DNA of 35,677 nt from an uncultured Clostridium sp. (GTDB lineage: Bacteria > Bacillota_I > Bacilli_A > RF39 > UBA660). A program made the position numbers and the translations under genes. Below, one piece after another: positions 18,340 to 27,210 of this stretch. Location of the stretch: positions 1 to 35,677 of the forward strand of contig CAZPSA010000006.1 in assembly GCA_964589375.1 (NCBI GenBank), in the 5' to 3' direction. Numbering within the stretch: position 1 is the first letter of the stretch; each line of letters starts with the position of its first letter. The notes under the pieces were generated by a model. It did not search any database and was not told the DNA's origin. It saw only the letters and a program-made list of their open reading frames with translations.

Positions 18340-19923
18340 CTAATTTACCACAAATGGAGCAGCTGCTGTTCCGGTTCCACCCGAGTTAATTGTGGTGGTA
18401 CTCTTGAGAGAAAGACTTGGTCGCAAACCATAGTCAGATATCTGCACGCTGGTGCCACCCACTTTACCATCGCCATTCGCTCGCCACATGAGCGCACGGT
18501 TATCATTGTAGAAGTAGTATGGCGACAAAGTCCACCAATAAGTAGTGGAACTTACATTTCCATTTAAATAATTAGATGTTGATACAGTTTCCCAATCTTT
18601 ATATCCAGCATATGCTAATTCATCATATGTTAATAAGCCTATTTTATAATCTAAATTACCATTTCCATTGGTTGTATCACTTACAGTAAATTTAGAAAGT
18701 TTTCCACCTTCATTATCATTTGGACATATTAGACTTGGTGTTCCACTAGTATATCTATTATTTGCACCATAATCTGATCTTGAAGTACTACTTCCTTTTC
18801 CATCTCCCGTTGTACTTTTATCATTACACCAGATAGTATCAGCAAGTTTACTTTCGTATGTAGCAATATTATTTTCATACCATGTTTCTAAATTAGTCAA
18901 GATTGTACTTTTAGTTTCGTTCGCATGAGTTGAGCCATAATCACTTCCGGTTGGTGAACCATACATGAAACCAACATATGCATTACTATTGTAATTTGTA
19001 TTAAAGGCTGTTGTATATGAGGCACCACTGTATCTAGCAAAAGCTAAATTGTTTCCAGTTTGGGTACAATCAGTACTTGAGTAATTATATAGTACTAGTT
19101 TAATTGATCCATCGCCCGTTACTCTGACTATTCGCCAGCACATTCCCGCAAAAGATACAAAATTATTTTGAACATTACCTCTAAAATAATAGCTTATTCC
19201 ATAATCATCTTCAGCTGCTGCCATGACTGCTTCAGTACTTAATGATACTTCTGTTCCTGGGGTTGTTAGGGGTTCTGTTGGATTATTATAATTTGCTTTT
19301 ATTCCAGCTAAGAGTGTTTCACTTGCTGCTTCGCTCCATCCAGATGGGGCAGAATTATATGCTTCTGTTCCAGCACCCTCTATTTCAATATGAGCAGCAA
19401 ACTTAGCTTTTTGATATTTGTTTTGATCTTCGTTATTATCTTTGAAATATATTTTTAATGTATAATTATGTTCTTTGTCTTCTCCTGCTATGAAATAGCC
19501 TTGTCCTAGTTCTTCGGTTGTTGTTCCACTTATTGTTCCATCTGTTATACTAGCTATTACTTTACCATTATCTGATGTGTTTACACTATCTAAGCTATAA
19601 GTTAAACTATCTTCAAATTCGTTATTATCTATGACTAGTTTAACTTTATAATACATTGCTAGTTCCGTAGTATTATTACCTGTTACTTTAAACTTTTTAG
19701 TTATCCATTCTTCATCTCTTGGATATATTTTAGTTGCACTTACATCTAAAGCATTTGAGTTATCACTATAGGTTATTGATAATTCGCCAGCATCCATATA
19801 AATAGTTGATGAGCTTTCACTTCCCGTTATAATGGCACTAAAGTAAGCAAAAGATACGCCCGCAATAACTACTACTAATAATAAAACTATTGCAAGTATC
19901 AAACTTTTCTTATTGTTTTTCAT
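18340..19923 (-). CDS. secreted protein with a TasA/camelysin-type (SipW-cognate) signal peptide and a large Gly/Thr/Ser/Tyr-rich C-terminal region
   Basis: The N-terminus ends in AGVSFAYFSA, like the TasA/CalY FAYFSD signal motif. 527 aa. The 3'-terminal 200 bp are about 48% GC. Confidence 0.6.
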   Translation of the reverse strand: MKNNKKSLILAIVLLLVVVIAGVSFAYFSAIITGSESSSTIYMDAGELSITYSDNSNALDVSATKIYPRDEEWITKKFKVTGNNTTELAMYYKVKLVIDNNEFEDSLTYSLDSVNTSDNGKVIASITDGTISGTTTEELGQGYFIAGEDKEHNYTLKIYFKDNNEDQNKYQKAKFAAHIEIEGAGTEAYNSAPSGWSEAASETLLAGIKANYNNPTEPLTTPGTEVSLSTEAVMAAAEDDYGISYYFRGNVQNNFVSFAGMCWRIVRVTGDGSIKLVLYNYSSTDCTQTGNNLAFARYSGASYTTAFNTNYNSNAYVGFMYGSPTGSDYGSTHANETKSTILTNLETWYENNIATYESKLADTIWCNDKSTTGDGKGSSTSRSDYGANNRYTSGTPSLICPNDNEGGKLSKFTVSDTTNGNGNLDYKIGLLTYDELAYAGYKDWETVSTSNYLNGNVSSTTYWWTLSPYYFYNDNRALMWRANGDGKVGGTSVQISDYGLRPSLSLKSTTTINSGGTGTAAAPFVVN

Positions 19924-19979
19924 ACGCCATTTTTCCTCTACTTTCTTTCCTATATTATACTGATAATAGGTATAACTAT

Positions 19980-20055
19980 GTCAAGTTAATTTTCTATATC
20001 AAAAATGTCTACGATATTAACCAAATAAAAACTTGAACGATTGTCCAAGTTAATT
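19980..20055. repeat. intergenic palindromic repeat copy, includes the likely thyX terminator
   Basis: GTCAAGTTAATTTT then 7 nt then AAAAATGTCTACGATATTAACC. Minus-sense hairpin CTTGGACaatcGTTCAAG followed by TTTTTATTT just after the stop of 20063..21265. Confidence 0.4.
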
Positions 20056-20062
20056 ATTATTA

Positions 20063-21265
20063 TTAGATTTTTCTAACTAATTGTATTCCTTCTGAAAAAT
20101 TACAGCATGAAGAACACTTAAAGTCTGGGAAAGTACATCTAGCTCCATTAGTTCGTTTCTTTATATCTCCTGCTAAAGGACTACCTGAATTTTCTAAAGC
20201 TTCCTTATATTTTAATAAAGTTTCTCTAGTTTGTTGGACTATTTCTAATTGAGCAGCCGTACAAAGTCTTTCCTTACATTTTAAAATGAAATCATCATAT
20301 TTACCAGATTCACAAATTCTGATAAACTCACCTTGAGGATTTACATCTTTAACTACTCTCATATCCTTTAACCATTCATCAACTAACATTTCATCATCAG
20401 CAATTATTGGTGGAACATAATATTCTTTTTCATCTAACATTTCCATTTGATAATCAAGAGTTCTATGACGCAGAGCATGGGCAAGTTGAGCAAAAGAACC
20501 CTTATAAGTTGTAATATAAACCTTACCAAAATAATCATCAGTTTCATCTAAATTGTGACCAAATAATGATAAATGGCGACATTTTTCATTTTGCATTAGC
20601 CTTTTCTCTAAGACATTTACTTCATCTAAAGCAGTTAATAACTCTTGCATAGCTTGAGCTAATTTTCTTTCAAAAGGAATATCATTATTAGCGTTCTTAA
20701 TAAACTCTTGTAACCATGACGCTATATAGTTAATTTGTCTTAAAGATGTAGAATAAATCATCTGTGTTGGCATAAATACAGTAACTAAATATCTTGCATT
20801 TTCTTGAGCTAATTTTTGAATCTTAGCATCATTATAAAAATCACCATATTTTTCTTTGATTTTTAATTTAAAAATATCAATCCACTTATTATAAAGGGTT
20901 TCTTCTGCCTCAGTTATAATTGAACCTTCTTGTCTAATAACTGGAGTATAACGAGCAGATTTTTCACTAGTAGTATATTGATGTTCATTATTAATTACCA
21001 TTGCTAAAATTTTAGGTATATTTTGGAGATTAAAATTAATCGTAATATGATCATACACACTATGATGACCATTATTTAATGTCATATTAACTCTACGCAT
21101 TGTTTTTTCTTCTGGCTCTTGTTCTAAATGGGAAAATCCTTCTTTATCATAACAAATACCAGCAATTTTTCCAGATAATTTTATTGCTTCTTCTTTATCA
21201 AAAGTACCATCTGGTTTTAAATACTTGTTTGGTAAAATACTTACCTTAATCTTTGTTTGTTCCAT
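20063..21265 (-). CDS. ThyX-fold (FAD-dependent thymidylate synthase-like) protein, divergent and unusually long
   Basis: The N-terminal 110 aa align in pattern with T. maritima ThyX (AGICYD / NGHHSVYDH / SARY against ARVSFD / HGHETPFEH / SGRY). The RHR of the ThyX motif is NEH here. There is a 150-aa C-terminal extension ending in CTFPDFKCSSCCNF. Confidence 0.5.
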   Translation of the reverse strand: MEQTKIKVSILPNKYLKPDGTFDKEEAIKLSGKIAGICYDKEGFSHLEQEPEEKTMRRVNMTLNNGHHSVYDHITINFNLQNIPKILAMVINNEHQYTTSEKSARYTPVIRQEGSIITEAEETLYNKWIDIFKLKIKEKYGDFYNDAKIQKLAQENARYLVTVFMPTQMIYSTSLRQINYIASWLQEFIKNANNDIPFERKLAQAMQELLTALDEVNVLEKRLMQNEKCRHLSLFGHNLDETDDYFGKVYITTYKGSFAQLAHALRHRTLDYQMEMLDEKEYYVPPIIADDEMLVDEWLKDMRVVKDVNPQGEFIRICESGKYDDFILKCKERLCTAAQLEIVQQTRETLLKYKEALENSGSPLAGDIKKRTNGARCTFPDFKCSSCCNFSEGIQLVRKI

Positions 21266-21383
21266 AAATCCTCCTTAGTTTTTTACAAATTAATTATATC
21301 ATATAGCAAATTAACCCTGCAACTAAACTAAATGAATTAAATAAAGCTTAATTAAGGAAAAAATATGATCTTTTTGACCATAT

Positions 21384-22546
21384 TTATTTAACTATTACTC
21401 TAATTATATTTTTCTTACCTTTATGTAAAACAAAATCATTTGGGCATTCATAGTTTGGATCAAGTATTTTATCTTGATTAACCATAATTCCCCCTTGAAT
21501 AACTAGTCTTCTAGCTTCACTTTTAGATGGTGCTAATTTACTTTCAACTAAGATATTTAAGATATTATTATCGCTTACAGTAACTTTTGGCATTTCATCA
21601 GTTACTTCACCATTAAATATTTTTTCACTAATCTCCTTAGCTTTTTTAGCTTCATCTACCCCATGTAAATCTTTTACTACTTCATAAGCAAGAGTTTTTT
21701 GGGCTAATCTATTTTCCGGATTATTTTCAACTTCTAAAGCTAGATTTTCAATTTCTTCTTTAGATAAGAAAGTAAATACCTTTAAATATTCAACAACTTT
21801 AGAATCATCAGAATTAAGTAGGTATTGATATATTTTATATGGAGATGTTTTCTCTTTATCTAGCCATAAAGCATTACCTTCACTTTTACCAAACTTTTTT
21901 CCTGTCGCGTCTAAAATAAGTGGCATGGTAAAGCCATAAGCTTCTTTACCTTCTATTTTTCTAATAAGCTCAATACCAGTTGTAATATTTCCCCATTGAT
22001 CTGAACCTGCTGCTTGTAAAACACAGTTTTTATTATTAAATAGATGTAAGAAATCAAATCCTTGTAAAAGAGTATATGAAAATTCAGCATAAGTAATACC
22101 AGTTTCTAAACGTCTTTGAATTATATCTTTTCCTAGCATATAATTAACATTAATATATTTACCTATATCTCTTAAAAAATCTAGAAATGTTATATCCTTA
22201 GTTCAATCATAATTATTAACTATTTCAGCTTTTCCTTCTAAAAGAATGGTTATTTGTTTCTTTAAACCTTCAATGTTTTTTAATACTGTTTCCTTGGATA
22301 TTATTTCTCTTTCGGCTGTTGGTCTTGGATCGCCAATTAGTCCAGTTGCTTCGCCAACCAATATTATAGGGTTATGACCATGTCTAGCTAATCTTTTAGC
22401 AGTTACAAATGAGGCATAATGACCTATATGTAAACTATCCGCGGTTGGATCTGTTCCTAAGTAAAAAGTTATAGTTTTTCTTCTAATTCTGGTGAGCTAA
22501 TGTCTTTAACTACACCTCTCCATTTTAGTTCTTCAAAAAATGTCAT
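21384..22546 (-). pseudogene. tyrS: tyrosyl-tRNA synthetase gene (tyrS) disrupted by a -1 frameshift and an in-frame TGA
   Basis: ATG at 22546 gives MTFFEELKWRGVVKDISSPELEEKL then a stop. A -1 shift in an A5 run (about 22447-22455) restores ITFYLGTDPTADSLHIGHY (HIGH motif). A TGA at 22203-22205 sits exactly at the conserved Trp of NNYDW. The track ORF 21384..22139 carries KFGKS (the KMSKS motif) and a C-terminal S4 domain. Confidence 0.6.
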
Positions 22547-22547
22547 G

Positions 22548-23030
22548 TTAATCCTCCTTATTTGTTGAACCGATACCACCAGCTCTAACATTTGTTATTT
22601 CTTCTTCATCATCTACAGTTAAATATTTCATAAAGACAGCTTGAGCAATTCGATCAAAAGCTTTTACTTCAATATCTTTATCACCATGATTAATTATTTT
22701 AACTTTAAAGTGTCCTTCATTATCTGGATTATTATAAAAATCACTATCTATAACTCCCACACTATTAGCTAAAGTTGCACAATATTTATAACCAAATGAG
22801 CTTCTAGTATAAAGGTATAATACCTCATCATCATTCATACATACTTTTAATCCAGTTGCAAAAACTTTAGCTTCTTTTGGTTTTATTACTTCATCTTTTA
22901 AAGCACAAATATCATAACCAGCAGAATGTTTAGTGCTTCTTTTTGGTAAAGTATATTTTTCATATAATTCTTTATCCTCGGAAATATCTTTTTTAAATTG
23001 TTCAAAACTAATTTTTTCAAATTTTCGCAT
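22548..23030 (-). CDS. dut: dUTP diphosphatase (dUTPase)
   Basis: Motifs AGYDI, RSS, GVIDSDF and RAGGIGSTNK. 160 aa. Its stop lies 2 nt from the tyrS start. Confidence 0.75.
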   Translation of the reverse strand: MRKFEKISFEQFKKDISEDKELYEKYTLPKRSTKHSAGYDICALKDEVIKPKEAKVFATGLKVCMNDDEVLYLYTRSSFGYKYCATLANSVGVIDSDFYNNPDNEGHFKVKIINHGDKDIEVKAFDRIAQAVFMKYLTVDDEEEITNVRAGGIGSTNKED

Positions 23031-23039
23031 TTTTCTTCA

Positions 23040-23310
23040 CTCCATTCCATTAAAAAAAATCATTAATTTAAGGACGACTATATGCCGCGGTACCACCTTA
23101 TTTCATGATTTTCATGCTCTCATCATCTTAACGCGATAAACGATTTAACTCCAGAGGTTGTAAGGCTCTATCTTTGCTAACAAAGTAAGTATAGCAAACT
23201 TAAAATTGTTAGTCAATTAGAGAATTACAACGAACTCTATAAACTATGATTAATTTGTGATAAGATTAATTATTTTTATTATATTCCTTACATTTTTCTT
23301 CTAACAATAT
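23040..23310 (-). promoter_or_regulatory. T-box riboswitch-like leader with a sigma-A-like promoter upstream of dut-tyrS
   Basis: Minus-sense AAATAAGGTGGTACCGCGG (forward 23084-23098) matches the T-box consensus AATTAGGGTGGTACCGCGG. An F-box-like CGTTA is present. A 7-bp-stem stem-loop holds UAC (Tyr) in its loop. TTGTTA (23306-23301) then 18 nt then TATAAT (23282-23277). The A/T run ends at the dut RBS. Confidence 0.45.
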
Positions 23311-23454
23311 AAAATTACAGCATCTTTTTTTATTCTTTCATCTAATTTATTATTTTTATATTTATCATACAAATTAGATGCTTTTCCTTTTCCTTTTTTA
23401 ATATTTTTGTTTAACTACAATAATTGTGTTTTTAATAGATTTTGCCATTTAAGT

Positions 23455-23655
23455 TCATTGGTATCTTTTTGGCACCGCATTTAAATCAAATAATTCATAA
23501 TTATTTTGAGTAACTGGTATCATATTATTGAAGTTAACAATCCCTAAATTTTCTTTAGCAATTTTAACCGTATCCAAGTTATTTTTCATATGTACATGCT
23601 TAACTTTAGGACTTGATAATGGGGCAAAGTATTCACAGCTATCTATAGTAAACAA
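23455..23655 (-). CDS. small hypothetical ORF, possibly a remnant
   Basis: 66 aa, no motif, and it lies in a region showing other signs of decay. Confidence 0.2.
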   Translation of the reverse strand: MFTIDSCEYFAPLSSPKVKHVHMKNNLDTVKIAKENLGIVNFNNMIPVTQNNYELFDLNAVPKRYQ

Positions 23656-23782
23656 AATTCCTATAAATTATACTACTTTATTATCAAATTGTCTTAAATA
23701 ATCATAAACTTTTACTATTTTAAAATTTCTAATCAAGATATATCACTTAAAATAATTATATCCTATTTTTATTCCAAATAAA

Positions 23783-23824
23783 AGATTAGAGTAAGCTCTC
23801 TAATCTAGTAAGCTCTCTAATCTA
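23783..23824. repeat. tandem 17-nt duplication with an embedded inverted repeat
   Basis: AGATTAGAG-TAAGCTCTCTAATCT-AGTAAGCTCTCTAATCT. AGATTAGAG/CTCTAATCT form a 9-bp inverted repeat. CCGCTTTTTTT follows. Confidence 0.5.
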
Positions 23825-24015
23825 TCACCGCTTTTTTTAATTACCATTTTCGGCTGGTTTCACTCGCTTTTTATTGCTATTAAATAGCATTATTATTATA
23901 TACAAAATTGCATAGCATAATCACTCATGCGTTTGTAATATACCATAAATATAGAAATGTCTAGTATTACACGAATAATTTTTAAAAATTAAAAAGATGA
24001 TATTTAATCATCAAT

Positions 24016-24447
24016 TTAATTAGATTTTTTTAAATTCTTACTAGTTTTTTCTAATGATTTTGCTGTGTTTGCAAGTAATTCAGCAGCTTTATCTTTTACT
24101 TCTTTGGCTGCTTTTTCTAAAACTGGAGAACTCTTAGTAACTGCTAAATCATATAATTCTTCCGCTTTATCTTTAATAATAGCAGCTTTTTCCTTAACAA
24201 CACGAGTTGCTTTTTCTTTATCTAGTTCAGCAAGTTCCTTCTTTAAATCTTTAATCTTTAACTCTAATGAACTTTTTACTTCATCATAGTCTAGTTCTTT
24301 AACTTTATTCCATAATTCATCTAATTTTTTAGAAATATCCTTTCTAGTCTCAGAACCCTTTTTAGGAGCAAAAAGCATACCTAAACCAGCACCTACAACT
24401 AAACCAGTAAATAAAGCTCCTCCTTTTTTACTCATAATCTTCATCAT
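24016..24447 (-). CDS. YtxH-like general stress protein
   Basis: GALFTGLVVGAGLGMLFAPKKGSETRKD N-terminal motif, then Lys/Glu-rich coiled coil. Confidence 0.65.
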   Translation of the reverse strand: MMKIMSKKGGALFTGLVVGAGLGMLFAPKKGSETRKDISKKLDELWNKVKELDYDEVKSSLELKIKDLKKELAELDKEKATRVVKEKAAIIKDKAEELYDLAVTKSSPVLEKAAKEVKDKAAELLANTAKSLEKTSKNLKKSN

Positions 24448-24721
24448 CTTCCTTTCTTTTATTAAATATTGGTAATCTACTAATAAGGTCCATTATAAAA
24501 CCACTTATTTTATCTGTAATTAAATTAAATTTGTTATTTACACCATTAATAATCTTAAAAAGACCATCTAAAGCTTCAACCTTTTCTTTTATATCATCTA
24601 CTATATAATTAACCTTATCTATAGTTATTATAAGTTTAATCCCTAAAATAATTCCAATTACTAATAAAACAATTAATAAAATATAAATAATTATTGGTAA
24701 TATGCTTGCTAAAAATTCCAT
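24428..24721 (-). CDS. DUF948/YtxG-like membrane protein
   Basis: N-terminal TM helix then a coiled segment. Lies directly upstream of the YtxH-like gene, as in the ytxG-ytxH arrangement. Confidence 0.55.
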   Translation of the reverse strand: MEFLASILPIIIYILLIVLLVIGIILGIKLIITIDKVNYIVDDIKEKVEALDGLFKIINGVNNKFNLITDKISGFIMDLISRLPIFNKRKEDDEDYE

Positions 24722-24723
24722 TA

Positions 24724-25530
24724 TTATTCCTCCTCTTCATTATTTTTTTCTTCATACATTGAATCAATTAAACTAAATAAGTCATCTTCTAAAGTTGTTT
24801 CTTTCTTTTCATCTGGATATGGTTCATCAGGTAAATAGTCATCTTCTAATTTTATATCTTCAGGGTCTATTACTTTTTCTACATCTTTTTTTACTGTAGG
24901 TAGTTCTTCTTCTTTCTTGACTTTCTTATCCTTACTTATTAATATTTCATCTAATGTTTTTAAAGGCGGTTCTTCAAAATTCTCATCAAATATCTTTTCT
25001 TCTTTTTTCTTAATTCCATGAGCTTTATTTAAAGCATCATCTAAACTAGGATTTTTAACTCCCACATCAGTTTTAACAATTACATCATCTTTAGTGTAAT
25101 TTTGATCTAATATTCCATATACTGGCGAAATAACTGGTGATGGTTTAAATGCTTCTTTCTTATGTTCTTTTTGTAAGATTTTCGAATAATCTGGGGCATC
25201 TTTTCTTCTTGGGGCTGGTTCTTCATAACGTCTTATATCTCTTACTGGTTCTTTTACTGGTTCTCTATAGCTTGTTTTAACCGGAAAATCATCATCAAAT
25301 AAATAATCTTTTTTACTACTACGTAAAGGGGCTGGTTCATCTAAATCAATTGGAAAATTAAATGTTTCTTTCTTTGGTTTAGGTTCTACATACTCTTCTT
25401 TAGGTATTTTAATTTCCTTTATTGGATTTTCCTCTTTTACTACTTCTTTCCTTACTTCTTTTTTTATAACTGGAATTTCCTCTTCTTCTACATCAAAAAG
25501 TACATCTTTTAATTTCTTAAATACTCCCAT
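24724..25530 (-). CDS. Lys/Glu/Pro-rich low-complexity protein with an N-terminal amphipathic helix
   Basis: MGVFKKLKDVLFDVEEEE, then KEE/PKP-rich repeats, then an acidic C-terminus. No catalytic motif. Confidence 0.45.
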   Translation of the reverse strand: MGVFKKLKDVLFDVEEEEIPVIKKEVRKEVVKEENPIKEIKIPKEEYVEPKPKKETFNFPIDLDEPAPLRSSKKDYLFDDDFPVKTSYREPVKEPVRDIRRYEEPAPRRKDAPDYSKILQKEHKKEAFKPSPVISPVYGILDQNYTKDDVIVKTDVGVKNPSLDDALNKAHGIKKKEEKIFDENFEEPPLKTLDEILISKDKKVKKEEELPTVKKDVEKVIDPEDIKLEDDYLPDEPYPDEKKETTLEDDLFSLIDSMYEEKNNEEEE

Positions 25531-25541
25531 AAGCTCTCTCC

Positions 25542-26180
25542 TTAATTAATTAAGTCATAATCTGGTAATTCTTCACCATCATATGTTCCAAATTCTTTTT
25601 CAATTTCTAAAAAATTACTTTCTTCTTGATTGGTATCAAAGATATTAAATTCTTCTTCACTAAAATTTAACAACTCACTACCAAGCATATTTTCAATAAT
25701 ATCTTTATTAAAACTTATAGTAGAAAGCATTACAAGTGAGTTTGTAACTGCCTCATTGATATCACTCTTATCTACCATTACCTCTATTTTAGCATAATTA
25801 TACATTATTTCAATTAAATATTTAGGGTTTTTTTCATTTATTTCTAAATAACCAAATGCTTTATTATCTTTTAAATTAATACTTTTATAACAATTATCTT
25901 TTACTTTATATTCATATTTAGTTTCATTATAATAACTAATCATATCAACATATAAATAATAATTATATTGACCATCTGTTAATACTTCATTTGCTGTTTC
26001 ATAAGATTTAACACTAATATTAGTTGGTAAATAAAACTTATAACCTTTACGGTATTGATTAGATAACTTTAAATCACTATCTTTTATATCGGCAATTATA
26101 TCTTCAATAGTACTATCGTTAATATTTACACACCCACAAAGTGAAAATAATAAGACTAATAATAAAATTACTTTTTTCAT
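25542..26180 (-). CDS. lipoprotein
   Basis: Lipobox LCGC in MKKVILLLVLLFSLCGCVN. Confidence 0.6.
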   Translation of the reverse strand: MKKVILLLVLLFSLCGCVNINDSTIEDIIADIKDSDLKLSNQYRKGYKFYLPTNISVKSYETANEVLTDGQYNYYLYVDMISYYNETKYEYKVKDNCYKSINLKDNKAFGYLEINEKNPKYLIEIMYNYAKIEVMVDKSDINEAVTNSLVMLSTISFNKDIIENMLGSELLNFSEEEFNIFDTNQEESNFLEIEKEFGTYDGEELPDYDLIN

Positions 26181-26231
26181 ATATTCTCCTAAGGTAATTA
26201 TAACATTTAAACATATCTTTGTAAAATTGTT

Positions 26232-26831
26232 TTAATTTACTTTTTTATTAGCGTCTAAATAATTTATAGTAACGCCTTTATTTCTAAATTTCATTTCATA
26301 TTCAGTTAAAATACTTTCAGATATTGGTAAATCTAAGGATATTTTATTAAATTTAAAACCATTATTATTTAAAGTCTCAAGACTATAGGCAAATAAATCT
26401 TTATTATCTGTCTTCATTATAATATGGACATTTTCTCTACTTATTTTATTATATAATTCTAAAAATATTGGACTAGTAAGTCTTCTTTTAGCATGTCTAG
26501 TTTTTGGCCAAGGATCAGAAAAATTTAAATAAATTTCATCTACATTATGATTAAATATTTCATCTAAAGTACTAGCATCACAGCACATAAAACGTAAATT
26601 GGATGGTATTTCAGCTATTTTTTCTAAAGCTCTAACTAAAACTGACTCATACTTTTCTATTCCAATATAGTTAATATCAGGATTACTAGCGGCTAAATTA
26701 ATTATAAAATCCCCTTTACCAGTGCCAATTTCTAAACAAAGTTTTTGCTCAGCAGAAAATATATTTTCTTTTATTACCAAAGGACTATTTTCTACTATTT
26801 CCTTAGCGTTTTTAACATTTCTTAATCTCAT
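26232..26831 (-). CDS. trmB: tRNA (guanine46-N7)-methyltransferase TrmB
   Basis: LEIGTGKGDF SAM motif, NYIGIE, and NFSDPWPK.RH.KRRL. Confidence 0.9.
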   Translation of the reverse strand: MRLRNVKNAKEIVENSPLVIKENIFSAEQKLCLEIGTGKGDFIINLAASNPDINYIGIEKYESVLVRALEKIAEIPSNLRFMCCDASTLDEIFNHNVDEIYLNFSDPWPKTRHAKRRLTSPIFLELYNKISRENVHIIMKTDNKDLFAYSLETLNNNGFKFNKISLDLPISESILTEYEMKFRNKGVTINYLDANKKVN

Positions 26832-26893
26832 CTTTTAAAACTCCTTTATTAAACTTTTTTCCTATATCACATATATTATTATAGAGGTGAAAT

Positions 26894-27208
26894 ATGAAAA
26901 AGGATCGTAATTCTTTCTTTTCAGAGTACGGCTATAATCAAAGTACCGGATATATTCCAAATATGAATAATCAAAATATGAATATGCTTCCTAATCAAAC
27001 TATCGCGGCTAATTCTAACTTCTATGTTGGCCCTACTCCTAATTATAGTAATAATTCAAATGTAAATATGTATAGTGATATTGATGCTAGAATGGCCAAA
27101 ATAGAACGGGAATTAAATCGTTTAGAAACTAGAGTATCAAGATTAGAAGGCGATAGTAAAAATACAATTGATGAGCTAAATCTTGGTTCTAATATGTATA
27201 TGGTTTAA
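26894..27208 (+). CDS. Asn/Tyr-rich low-complexity protein with a C-terminal coiled coil
   Basis: 104 aa. PNMNNQNMNMLPNQ...NYSNNSNVNMY then AKIERELNRLETRVSRLEG. Confidence 0.4.
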   Translation: MKKDRNSFFSEYGYNQSTGYIPNMNNQNMNMLPNQTIAANSNFYVGPTPNYSNNSNVNMYSDIDARMAKIERELNRLETRVSRLEGDSKNTIDELNLGSNMYMV

Positions 27209-27210
27209 TA

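Noticed and set aside
18316-18567. 83-aa plus-strand ORF at the GC-rich 3' end of the secreted-protein gene
   Set aside because: It is created by the local GC-rich composition and is antisense to the real C-terminal coding region. No RBS.
22203-22205. In-frame TGA at the conserved Trp of tyrS, as possible evidence for a TGA=Trp (code 4) genome
   Set aside because: Other conserved Trp codons in tyrS itself and in uppP, ftsZ and elsewhere are TGG. The tRNA-Trp has a CCA anticodon. All other housekeeping ORFs are intact under code 11. A single nonsense mutation or sequence error is the simpler explanation.
23076-23100. Canonical T-box terminator helix immediately 3' of the T-box sequence
   Set aside because: I could not identify a convincing GC-rich terminator stem pairing with ACCGCGG. 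Only a weak AATCAT/ATGATT closing helix and an A/T run were found, so the riboswitch call stays tentative and the mechanism (transcriptional or translational) is unresolved.
22933-23139. 68-aa plus ORF spanning the dut start and the T-box region
   Set aside because: It overlaps dut in antisense and the leader region. No support.
24065-24289. 74-aa plus ORF antisense to the YtxH-like gene
   Set aside because: Shadow ORF with Ser/Ala/Leu-rich composition.
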